NCBI GenBank assembly: GCA_964347045.1
Contig: CAYFXC010000005.1
Location: 27,227 to 91,226, forward strand
Origin: an uncultured archaeon
GTDB lineage: Archaea > Asgardarchaeota > Hermodarchaeia > Hermodarchaeales > Hermodarchaeaceae
DNA length: 64,000 nucleotides
Reading direction: 5' to 3'
The position numbers and the translations under genes were made by a program. This document shows positions 1 to 8,026 of this stretch, piece after piece (within the stretch, counting starts at the first letter, position 1; the number at the start of each line of letters is the position of its first letter). Under the pieces are notes generated by a model. The model saw only the letters and a list, made by a program, of their open reading frames with translations, did no database searches and had not been told where the DNA came from.

Positions 1-854
1 ACAACTTGTGCAACCTTCCAGGCTGAGCTAAGGTGGGGCGCATTTGCATTGGGTCGTTGTGCCCAAGTAACTTTGAACTCCTGGTCGGACTGAATGTCCA
101 TCCAATTCCCAATAATCAGGGGAAGATGGCGGTTTGTTATGCCTAGCCATTCAATGGACCCAAACCATGTCGGGTCAACGGGAATCCATTGGTTTCGAAT
201 CCAGACTTCACTCCAACCATGTCGTTCCCACTTTTTACCCAATGAAGCAAAGCCTGAAATCAGCCGAGCAGGTATTTTCCGGGCACGACATAATGCCGCA
301 AACAACGCTGCGTACTCCGTACAGTCACCAACCCGCTTTTCTATCGCATAAGCTGCTCCTCGCTCATGACGTTGAGGTTCATAGCGGAGGATTTCTGTAA
401 CTGTTCGCATCGCTGCCTTAATGAACGGAACTATCTCTGCATGCTCTTTCGCAATATCACGGGCTAAATCCTTAATCAAGTGATGATGCGATTCGATGAA
501 GTTTTCGGGTTTTATATAGGATTGGAGCTGGCTAGGAATGGACTGATTTTGGACAAACGAGGCTGGTTGATATTGGATTGACCGATTCCGTACTAATGCA
601 GTATATCCGCAGGTGAAGGTTTCGTCTCCCGGTAATCTGTGACATGTAATATCCAACCATTGATTTCCAACTAAATCCGTGGCTTGCAGATCCATAGTTG
701 ATTGGGGATTGAGGTCAATTAGCTGTTGGTAAGGTGGAACGGGAGTAGGAACTGCAATGAAGATTCGAACATTTGTCAAAGGAGCCGTTGCTTTGTTGGT
801 AATTGTGGTTTGGTAGGTTACGCGATGTGTAAGAATCACTGAGCTCGAGGTCAT
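1..854 (-). CDS. Transglutaminase-like (Cys-His-Asp) domain protein, truncated by the window edge; absent from the ORF track
   Basis: Manual translation from ATG 854 gives MTSSSVILTHRVTYQ...GDCTEYAALFAALCRARKIPARLISG...ERHGWSEVWIRNQWIPVDPTW, open to base 1. The ATG overlaps the TGA of the upstream ORF (ATGA). Confidence 0.9.
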   Translation of the reverse strand, partial: MTSSSVILTHRVTYQTTITNKATAPLTNVRIFIAVPTPVPPYQQLIDLNPQSTMDLQATDLVGNQWLDITCHRLPGDETFTCGYTALVRNRSIQYQPASFVQNQSIPSQLQSYIKPENFIESHHHLIKDLARDIAKEHAEIVPFIKAAMRTVTEILRYEPQRHERGAAYAIEKRVGDCTEYAALFAALCRARKIPARLISGFASLGKKWERHGWSEVWIRNQWIPVDPTWFGSIEWLGITNRHLPLIIGNWMDIQSDQEFKVTWAQRPNANAPHLSSAWKVAQV

Positions 855-1237
855 TGTTTTTGCCCGTTATCCTTGTTTTGTACATCGTTATCGGCATTGG
901 CGTTCTCGAGAATAATGACTCTACCACCAGGTGATTGAGATGTGCTAGGTTGAACATCACCGAGGAGAATAACTCTAGAGGGTGCAGTGGAATCGGTTTC
1001 TTTCTGTTCGTTTCGTGGTCCAAGAAAACGAGTGAAGTGAGGCGGATGGGCTTTAACGCCCCGAACTATTGTCCCTGGGCAGATGCCCTGACCCGTTTCG
1101 AGAAATAGAGCACGGCAGGAAGTACAAATGTAGCTACCGCAGGTAGTACAAATCCACCATTGGCTACGTGCCCTTGGGAGTGGAACTTGTGAATCACAGG
1201 CCATACACTTGATATGCGAGGCCCCGTGGATGCTCAC
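851..1237 (-). CDS. RING-like Zn-finger protein (putative E3) with disordered C-terminal tail
   Basis: CxxC-x15-CxxC-x4-CxxC-x11-CP...H pattern (CMAC...WWICTTCGSYICTSC...GICPG...H); translationally coupled to both neighbours. Confidence 0.7.
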   Translation of the reverse strand: MSIHGASHIKCMACDSQVPLPRARSQWWICTTCGSYICTSCRALFLETGQGICPGTIVRGVKAHPPHFTRFLGPRNEQKETDSTAPSRVILLGDVQPSTSQSPGGRVIILENANADNDVQNKDNGQKQ

Positions 1238-1452
1238 TCCTCCTTTTCCTCCTGCTCAGAATGTTTTCGAATGCGGTGAACTGTAACAGAAAAATGAGGC
1301 GAGAAGTTTGGGGGGCGTTCTTCTATAAAAGGAATGTCTCGTTCACGTAAAATTACAATTCGGTTCTCTTTTGATGGATCTTTTAATTGAGGTTGAACGT
1401 CATTCTCTGATTCTTGAGGGGTTTCTTCCTTGTCTGGTGACTTCTCCGACAT
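1234..1452 (-). CDS. Small acidic/disordered protein with RIVIL motif
   Basis: 72-aa ORF inside the operon; GGAGAG-like SD; overlaps the next start. Confidence 0.65.
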   Translation of the reverse strand: MSEKSPDKEETPQESENDVQPQLKDPSKENRIVILRERDIPFIEERPPNFSPHFSVTVHRIRKHSEQEEKEE

Positions 1453-1466
1453 TGATTACTTCTCTC

Positions 1467-2216
1467 CTAGCCATCATCGGCTTCATCCAGAATTCGTCCA
1501 GTTGATTTTTTCTCTGGGTCATCCAGAATCCGAGGAGGTCTTCTATTTGGTTGTTCTTGAGATTGTTCCAGTGATAGAATTTGTACTCGTCCCTGTCTAG
1601 AAGATGCAGGTGAAGTGACTTGGTGTCGTACTTCCCAGAACCGATCTAGGGTTTCGACGATGTTATTTGTGTCTTGCTCATACCATGTCATAGCGGTGCT
1701 GTTTAGTCCATGGTCAGATTGAAACTGAGATGGTGGTTCTACTCGATCTGGTTTTAACAATACAAAGAAAGGCAAATCCTCTAAAATTCGGTCGAGTTCA
1801 CCTCGAACAGAATAACATGCATGACCTGTTCCACTGGTAGCGAGCCGGGGATGATATAGGGGGGTCTCTGCTGCGGGTCGGATAATGCCGATGTTCTGAG
1901 GATACTCTCGTGGTAAATCAAAGACGAATCGATGTTCATATCGAATGGCACCTTCATCAGTCAACGATTTTGGCTGGCGGACAAACCCAGGAAGATTGCG
2001 CATGGTAAATCGAATACGTTTGTAGGCTCCATCTTTGTATCGACCAATAATTTCAACAGTAAAATCGCGGTTACTCCACCTTGTGTTCTCACGTTGGGGC
2101 GGATCCGGGTACCATCCGCGTCTTCCGTACAGATTATTCATCGCGTCAAAAAATGTATGAATTTGAGTTTCAACTCGGGCATTGAAGAGCTCGGGTGAAA
2201 ACACAGGCCGCGTCAA
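1467..2216 (-). CDS. Ubiquitin-conjugating enzyme (UBC/E2)-fold protein
   Basis: FDLPREYP...TPLYHPRL...GHAC (Cys134) and GLNSTAMTWY follow the E2 pattern F-x-LP-xx-YP...T-xx-YHPN...G-x-IC...PLN-x-AA-xx-Y. Confidence 0.8.
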   Translation of the reverse strand: MTRPVFSPELFNARVETQIHTFFDAMNNLYGRRGWYPDPPQRENTRWSNRDFTVEIIGRYKDGAYKRIRFTMRNLPGFVRQPKSLTDEGAIRYEHRFVFDLPREYPQNIGIIRPAAETPLYHPRLATSGTGHACYSVRGELDRILEDLPFFVLLKPDRVEPPSQFQSDHGLNSTAMTWYEQDTNNIVETLDRFWEVRHQVTSPASSRQGRVQILSLEQSQEQPNRRPPRILDDPEKKSTGRILDEADDG

Positions 2217-2270
2217 AGTTCAATCCCTCATCTAAGATTCATTCTACTAAATAAGGCCGACTAGTTAACT

Positions 2271-2591
2271 TCACAAACCTACTTCCGGAACGACATCAAG
2301 AAGGAAGAACTCGTCATCCGAAATTTTAGGATCGAGCTCACCGAAAGTTGCACCGGGGCTAAGTCTTGTGGGTTCAGGGGCTTTTCGAATTAAGACAAAT
2401 TCCGCACGTTGGTCTCCGATTTTAGCTTTAGCCCACTCATCGATGCTTACGCCTTCATCACGCGCCTGGGTAACGAGGGTGCGGATAACTTCTTCCACTC
2501 GGGTTTCCTCATCAATGCCAATACGGAATTCTTTTTGGCGGGGCTCAACGTCGACTATGATTGAGCGCCAAAAACCTTCTTCACTACTCAT
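2271..2591 (-). CDS. Putative ubiquitin-like (beta-grasp) protein, C-terminus ...VVPEVG-L
   Basis: 106 aa; strand-strand-helix pattern (SIIVDVE/KEFRIGIDEETRVEEVIRTLV), TFGEL..ISDDEFFLLDV and penultimate Gly; first gene of an E2/RING operon; SD AGGTGA. Confidence 0.65.
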   Translation of the reverse strand: MSSEEGFWRSIIVDVEPRQKEFRIGIDEETRVEEVIRTLVTQARDEGVSIDEWAKAKIGDQRAEFVLIRKAPEPTRLSPGATFGELDPKISDDEFFLLDVVPEVGL

Positions 2592-2827
2592 GGTTATTCA
2601 CCTACAAGGTGAGGGTTATAGCATCCACTTTAACTTTACTCGATGGTTAGACATCTTCTTGTCCTTCTTTATTTATGAAAGAGAATAGGTCGGCTCAAAA
2701 TCATAAGTAAATGGCGCCCACTCCTCTGTTGGAGTGAAAGTTTAAGAGTCATAGACTAGTTTGACTTAGTGTACTTAGACAATCAAGTCATCTGCTCAGA
2801 ATAACCCGCGGGAGCTCATTCGATAAA
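2592..2827. promoter_or_regulatory. Divergent promoter region shared by the Ubl-E2 and SMC operons
   Basis: 236-bp gap between head-to-head starts; BRE/TATA-like GAAAGTTTAAGA on plus (~2736-2747) and AAAGTTAAAG on minus (~2628-2637); inverted repeat CACTCC-N6-GGAGTG at 2719-2736. Confidence 0.45.
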
Positions 2828-5722
2828 ATGACAACTAGGCATGAGACAACCCCTTTAACCCCACAGGTTGTGTTTCGTTCAATTCGTTTAGTGAACTTTG
2901 TCATTCATCGCGAAACCTCCATCCAGCTCGATAACTCGCCAATTGTACTCATAACAGGCTCGAATGGTAGCGGTAAAACCTTGATTCTTGATGCCCTTTT
3001 ATTGGCTATTGGAGTTGAATCCCGTCGGGCTCAACGCCAACGTAACTCTGCCTTCATTGGGCGTTTCGGTAAATATGCTGAGGTTGAGCTGGAACTCAAT
3101 AATTTCCAGCTCAATGGTCGACGAGTGCTACGCAGTCCTGATCCCGCTTTAAGCAAGCTCCTGGAAAGAGATATAGTATCAATTCGCCTGCGAATTCATG
3201 ATTCGAATCGAATTTCATATTGGTTGAATGGACACCGCTCAGTGAATGGTCATCAAATAGCACGGAAAGATATTCGAAGACTCTTCCAAGCTGCTGGTCT
3301 CTTTGGTGAATCCCCGCTAGCCGTAACGGAAGCAGAGACATTAGACCATTTTGCCTCTCAGTCCCCTCGACGGAAATTCGAGACATTGCTCAATGAAACT
3401 GGTTTACGGAATTGGATGGAAAAACTCGAAGAAGCCCGTTTGCTCGTACTCCAGGCTAAAGCAAATATCAAACCTCTTGAATACCGAATTCGTCACGAGG
3501 AACAACGGCTGCAAGTATTGAAAGCTGCTTATGAAGCGTATGAACAAAAACAGCAGCTCCAAAGACGACAAAAACAACTCGATATTGAAGCTGCTTGGGC
3601 TGAAGTTGTATATCGTGAAGAACTGGCAGCTCAGCTTCAATCACAAATTACAACATACAATAAACAGCTATCAGTTGAAAATAAGAAACTAGCATCGCTT
3701 GATCAACGTAAAGTTGAGTTAAAATCAAAGTTTGATTCGATTGAAGCAAAACGTGAGAAATTACTCACAACTATGAACTCTCTACGCGATCACCAAATGC
3801 AAACGCAAGGGCATCGACAAGGTTTAGAAAATGAACTCGAAGTCCTTACTGCTCGGAGTGAACGGTTTGCAAAAGATCACAAACCAAGCGAAGCAAACGT
3901 TGCAAATATTCAGAAAGAATTAGATTCCCTTGTGGCTAAACGGAATCAATTAGATGATCAGCTTACTCAAATTCGGCAAGACATTGCGTCAACAGAAGAA
4001 AGGATTTTCACGCAACCCCAGCGATATCCACAGTTTGAGGAAACCATTCTCCGCGCTTGTCAGCGTTATCGTTCCGAACTAGACAAATTAGCTCTATCGG
4101 ACTCAGTCATTGGACCACTTTTCACCCTTATCCGAATGAAACCCGAATATGTTCATCGCGAAACTGCAGTAAAGCTTGCTTTGGGTCGTTATGTTTATGC
4201 ATTTATCGCGTTAAATCGGGCTGTCTTTATTGAAGCAAAAAACCTCTATGATCGACTCTGGCCTCACGAAAAACCTGATTTAGTTGTTGCCCGTACTAAC
4301 CCAACTACTGCGATTACCAAAGAACGACCTCCCGTTTCATCACCGGTAATAGGCTGGGCTGCAGATCTCATTGAAGGTGATGTTTACGCTGTTAGCTTTC
4401 TTAGTCGTGTCGTGAATACAGCGATCGCTGAGGAGGGAGCCGATCCCAACACTGTGGTAGATGCCTCTCAACAGCTCAAAGGAAATATTATCACTAGTGA
4501 TGGCAACAGCCACTATCTCCGAATAGGAGCTTTTACTCGACCTCCTCGTCCGGTAACAGTAGGCTTTGATATTTCACTCGATGAGCTTGGATTAGCACAA
4601 GACACCAATGAATATCGTCGTATACTGCGAGAACTTCGAGAACAAGAAGCACAGCTTATGCGGGATCGAATGCGAATAAATTCTGAAATAAGTCAACTCC
4701 GATCCACACTTCAAGACTTACAGCAGGAGCGCACCCTCAAGCTTTCTCAGGAAGAAAGAAATAGTAGAGTCATTGATTCAGAACGCCGGATCAATGAGTT
4801 AAAACAACAAATACTGGAGCTTGATACTAGAAGCGACACTCTAAGCCAAGAATATCAAGATTGTAAATCGGATTTATTTCCGTTTAATTCACGCCAACAA
4901 AAAGTCACTGAGCAACTTCAAAATCTCGAATCTCAGCGGTTACGGCGTCAAGCAGAAATTGATCGTATATCCGCGGAAGTCAAACAACGAGAAGATGAAC
5001 ACCTTCATCTTATGAAACAAACCAAAGATTTTCAAAAAGCAGCAACCAAACTTGCAGATCGTCCTGATGTCGTTCGTGAGCCTGCTGCAATTCGTGATGA
5101 TCAAATACAGGTTCAAGCAATGATCGATACTATTACAGCAACTGCCAAGGATCATCAAGCCTTTGAAGAACAAGAAAAAGTTGTATCACAACTCCAAGAA
5201 TATATAAAACAACGTCAACTTCATCTTGAGAATCTTATGACCGACGTTGATCGACGACTCGTCGAATGGCGACGTCAACTCGAAGAGACTGTTGAAACTC
5301 TTAACCAACGAATGAATCAATTACTCAGCCACTTTCTCAAGCAAGTCAAACTTCTTATTCGGTATCCCGATGAACCCAGCCGAGCTGAGCTCCATCTTCA
5401 ACTTGCTATCAACCGTAAAGGGGATTGGAGAACCTATCAAGAAATGTCCGGTGGCGAACGGGTTCTGGCTACCCAAACCTTCATACTTGCCCTTCACACG
5501 TTAGCAAAAAGCCCACTCCATGTGATCGACGAATTTACCCAACGCCTTGATGAAGCGAGCCGCGCAGCGATTTTAAATGTCGTTCAAAGGGCCCTCGACC
5601 TGACCCAGCAAGAATCGCTAATACATCCCCAGTTTCTTTTAATGGCTCCATCAACGGTCGGGCTCCAAATACCCGAGACTATGAATCATGTAGTTCTGAT
5701 TAAAGGACAGGTGAAAAAATAG
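2828..5722 (+). CDS. Smc5/6-like SMC ATPase (coalescin/Smc5-6 clade)
   Basis: Walker A GSNGSGKT; long coiled coils; central hinge (VIGPLFTLIRM...ALGRYVYAFI); signature MSGGERVLATQTFILAL; Walker B SPLHVIDEF; QFLLMAP in place of the H-loop, as in Smc5/6 (QFxxxTP). Confidence 0.88.
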   Translation: MTTRHETTPLTPQVVFRSIRLVNFVIHRETSIQLDNSPIVLITGSNGSGKTLILDALLLAIGVESRRAQRQRNSAFIGRFGKYAEVELELNNFQLNGRRVLRSPDPALSKLLERDIVSIRLRIHDSNRISYWLNGHRSVNGHQIARKDIRRLFQAAGLFGESPLAVTEAETLDHFASQSPRRKFETLLNETGLRNWMEKLEEARLLVLQAKANIKPLEYRIRHEEQRLQVLKAAYEAYEQKQQLQRRQKQLDIEAAWAEVVYREELAAQLQSQITTYNKQLSVENKKLASLDQRKVELKSKFDSIEAKREKLLTTMNSLRDHQMQTQGHRQGLENELEVLTARSERFAKDHKPSEANVANIQKELDSLVAKRNQLDDQLTQIRQDIASTEERIFTQPQRYPQFEETILRACQRYRSELDKLALSDSVIGPLFTLIRMKPEYVHRETAVKLALGRYVYAFIALNRAVFIEAKNLYDRLWPHEKPDLVVARTNPTTAITKERPPVSSPVIGWAADLIEGDVYAVSFLSRVVNTAIAEEGADPNTVVDASQQLKGNIITSDGNSHYLRIGAFTRPPRPVTVGFDISLDELGLAQDTNEYRRILRELREQEAQLMRDRMRINSEISQLRSTLQDLQQERTLKLSQEERNSRVIDSERRINELKQQILELDTRSDTLSQEYQDCKSDLFPFNSRQQKVTEQLQNLESQRLRRQAEIDRISAEVKQREDEHLHLMKQTKDFQKAATKLADRPDVVREPAAIRDDQIQVQAMIDTITATAKDHQAFEEQEKVVSQLQEYIKQRQLHLENLMTDVDRRLVEWRRQLEETVETLNQRMNQLLSHFLKQVKLLIRYPDEPSRAELHLQLAINRKGDWRTYQEMSGGERVLATQTFILALHTLAKSPLHVIDEFTQRLDEASRAAILNVVQRALDLTQQESLIHPQFLLMAPSTVGLQIPETMNHVVLIKGQVKK

Positions 5723-6513
5723 TGATTGCTAATGATACATCAGCATTTCTTCGGGCTTTTCCCCGTCGTAAAGCTTGGTATGATAGTTTCCAAAATAACT
5801 ACAAACGAAACCGTCTAACACGTTTTGGTACAAAAAGTGTCATTATTACCCTTTGGAATCTGACTAAAAAATATGAAGTTGCACTCAAACATCATGATGT
5901 GGTTCCTGTTAAAGAAGCGGAATTAGACCGTGAGGAGGTCACTGATGCTTTTCGTGTTCTCGATACTCCCTGGGAACGCAATCTGGATGGGCGATTCTAC
6001 TACACCCTCGCCTCAATGCAACACCGCCGTGACGCTCAATTCGCTGCACCTGAAATTGCTCCCGAAGAATGGATTTCTCAATTCGCCAATGAGGTTAAAC
6101 GTCGAGCCACTCCTATACTCTTCTTAATTAATCAAGAGCGTACCATCCCTCCCTTTGATTTGCCTCCAGCTGATATGCCAATGGCAATGGATGTAGCACC
6201 ATCTCGAGATGATCAGCAGGCAATACGGAGACATCGAGTTCGCTTCGAAGAAATTTCAATTGCTAGGCTTGATGCTCGTCGAACTTCCATTCTGGAACGT
6301 CTAAGAGGAAAACGATACAGCTTCACAGCATTATCCAATCTTCTAACTAACTGGGAATTAGATTTGTTGAGCCAGATGATCCGTGATGATTTGCTTCCTG
6401 CTACATTCGAGAAAACCGCTATTGTCTTTCAGAAGCCATCGCAATCTCAAAAAGCTGGTATTAGATTTAGTGCTGTCGCCATTCCTGCAAAAAATCATGA
6501 GGAGATTCATTGA
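5722..6513 (+). CDS. Putative kleisin/Nse4-like subunit with C-terminal winged helix
   Basis: GTG overlaps the SMC stop; helical N-terminus, Pro/acidic linker and C-terminal WH-like segment (LLSQMIRDDLLPATFEKTAIVF); function inferred from context. Confidence 0.5.
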   Translation: MIANDTSAFLRAFPRRKAWYDSFQNNYKRNRLTRFGTKSVIITLWNLTKKYEVALKHHDVVPVKEAELDREEVTDAFRVLDTPWERNLDGRFYYTLASMQHRRDAQFAAPEIAPEEWISQFANEVKRRATPILFLINQERTIPPFDLPPADMPMAMDVAPSRDDQQAIRRHRVRFEEISIARLDARRTSILERLRGKRYSFTALSNLLTNWELDLLSQMIRDDLLPATFEKTAIVFQKPSQSQKAGIRFSAVAIPAKNHEEIH

Positions 6514-7160
6514 CAGTGACATCTGATCAAGCACCTCAAGACTCAATTTCACCTTCCTCTGAGGAAAACGAAGAAGAATTCGAGCAACATCATCTGTTAG
6601 GTCAACTCTTTGCTGCTCTCACTGCTCGATTTCGTAATGAGGATGGTCAATTGACCATCGGTGTCAAACGACAGGATTTGCTTCAAGCCCTTCATATTAA
6701 CAAAGCTGGATTAACTCGTCTACTCGATTTACTTCGCCAACAGATAACTCCGCTCGGATTGGAATTAGTTGAATATCGGTTAGGTCGAGATACACTCTAT
6801 TGTATCCGTACAATCTATGGAGTTCCTGGAGAACTCACAGATCCCGAATACGCAGTCCTTGGTGTCATAATTTCGACCATAGAACGGGCAAGCAAACATC
6901 GTCGTCCTCGCAGAGTTGCAACAAAAGACATCGAAACTATTCTCGTTGCTCGGGGACGCCTATCCCGCTACCAGCTAGATAAAATACTTCGACGTTTAAC
7001 TGAACTAGGTTACATCACACGAACAGCACGACGAATTGTATATGGTCCACGGCTGGAATTGGAATTTGATGCTGAACGTCGCGAAGCCATTTCTAACGCC
7101 GCTACTCTTTTTCTTGCGGGTGCAATTGCTGAATCGGAGGACATAAAGAATGAAACTTGA
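6510..7160 (+). CDS. KITE (tandem winged helix) protein, Nse1/Nse3(MAGE)-like
   Basis: LRQQITPLGLELV, YAVLGVIISTI and LDKILRRLTELGYI...YGPRLELEF recall Nse1/MAGE motifs (xGPRAxxE); lies in the SMC operon. Confidence 0.75.
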   Translation: MTVTSDQAPQDSISPSSEENEEEFEQHHLLGQLFAALTARFRNEDGQLTIGVKRQDLLQALHINKAGLTRLLDLLRQQITPLGLELVEYRLGRDTLYCIRTIYGVPGELTDPEYAVLGVIISTIERASKHRRPRRVATKDIETILVARGRLSRYQLDKILRRLTELGYITRTARRIVYGPRLELEFDAERREAISNAATLFLAGAIAESEDIKNET

Positions 7161-7611
7161 CCTTTCCACCGTTGGTATCAGCTGTGTTGCCTGTGGTACA
7201 CGAACAACACTCGAGCAGGCAATCCAAAATGACTGGCATCAGTGTCTCCGTTGCCAATTCTTTATTGATCCTCATTGCCTTGAAATTGTACAAAACACGA
7301 TGGGCGGAGTTTGCCCCTCTTTCAGTCAGGGAGTATCCCGGCATTCTCTACAACAAGCAGATATCCCCTCTGAACAAATCCTTATTTTCGTTAAAGATCA
7401 ATATCAGAAAGGTCGAATAGGGGTTCTCATCGACACACTCTTCTATACAAAACCATCTGCTCTTGAAAAACCTCAACATAAAAGTGAACTACAACCCCAT
7501 TTCGAAGAAGCCCTTACTCGCGAAGAAATCTGGCAACGATATGGTCTTGTATTAGTGCAACGATCCCATGGTAAATGGAAAACTTGGGAAAAAGTTGGTA
7601 GTACAGGATAA
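7150..7611 (+). CDS. RING-like Zn-finger protein (Nse1-RING-like), paralog of 851..1237
   Basis: CVAC...WHQCLRC..FIDPHC...GVCPS...H; aligns motif by motif with the 128-aa protein. Confidence 0.7.
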   Translation: MKLDLSTVGISCVACGTRTTLEQAIQNDWHQCLRCQFFIDPHCLEIVQNTMGGVCPSFSQGVSRHSLQQADIPSEQILIFVKDQYQKGRIGVLIDTLFYTKPSALEKPQHKSELQPHFEEALTREEIWQRYGLVLVQRSHGKWKTWEKVGSTG

Positions 7612-7651
7612 AATGCATTAAAGGCGGAAATTATTTACCCCCTACAGTATA

Positions 7652-8026
7652 ATGGCATCTCAATCTGTATCCATAGCGATAGGCTCGGAGCTGATGGGTG
7701 TGGTTGATGAAAAATCTCCAATTTGGGTAAAGCATGCCATCCGGCGATGGAAACAGTTCTATCATGAAATCCAATATGCTGATGGGCAAATTGATATTTC
7801 GAACCCCTTGAGTACAATCTTTCGCAACGAATCTCAAATGGCAAAATTAGCTGTTGAAGGTAGCTCTGTATCAACTGAATCTATTCAGACAAAAAAAGAG
7901 GACTCAACAAAGTCTCAACCAGAGAAGATACCTTCTTCGAAACCTGAACAAAAACAGAGTAAGGGGCGGTTTCTCTTTAAAATAAAGGAACTCCAGTTCC
8001 TTTCTACTCCGCTCAGCTTTTTTTGA
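7652..8026 (+). CDS. Hypothetical protein, possibly last gene of the SMC operon
   Basis: 124-aa ORF 40 bp after the RING gene; low-complexity S/K/E linker. Confidence 0.55.
   Translation: MASQSVSIAIGSELMGVVDEKSPIWVKHAIRRWKQFYHEIQYADGQIDISNPLSTIFRNESQMAKLAVEGSSVSTESIQTKKEDSTKSQPEKIPSSKPEQKQSKGRFLFKIKELQFLSTPLSFF

Noticed and set aside
94-400. Plus-strand ORFs 94..351 and 134..400 (and the 715..1023 minus ORF)
   Set aside because: Shadows of the minus-strand transglutaminase and RING genes
2828-7611. Wadjet (JetABCD/MksBEFG) or Rad50-Mre11 interpretation of the SMC operon
   Set aside because: No Toprim nuclease or Mre11 gene nearby and no CxxC zinc hook; a globular hinge and Smc5/6-type head motifs are present
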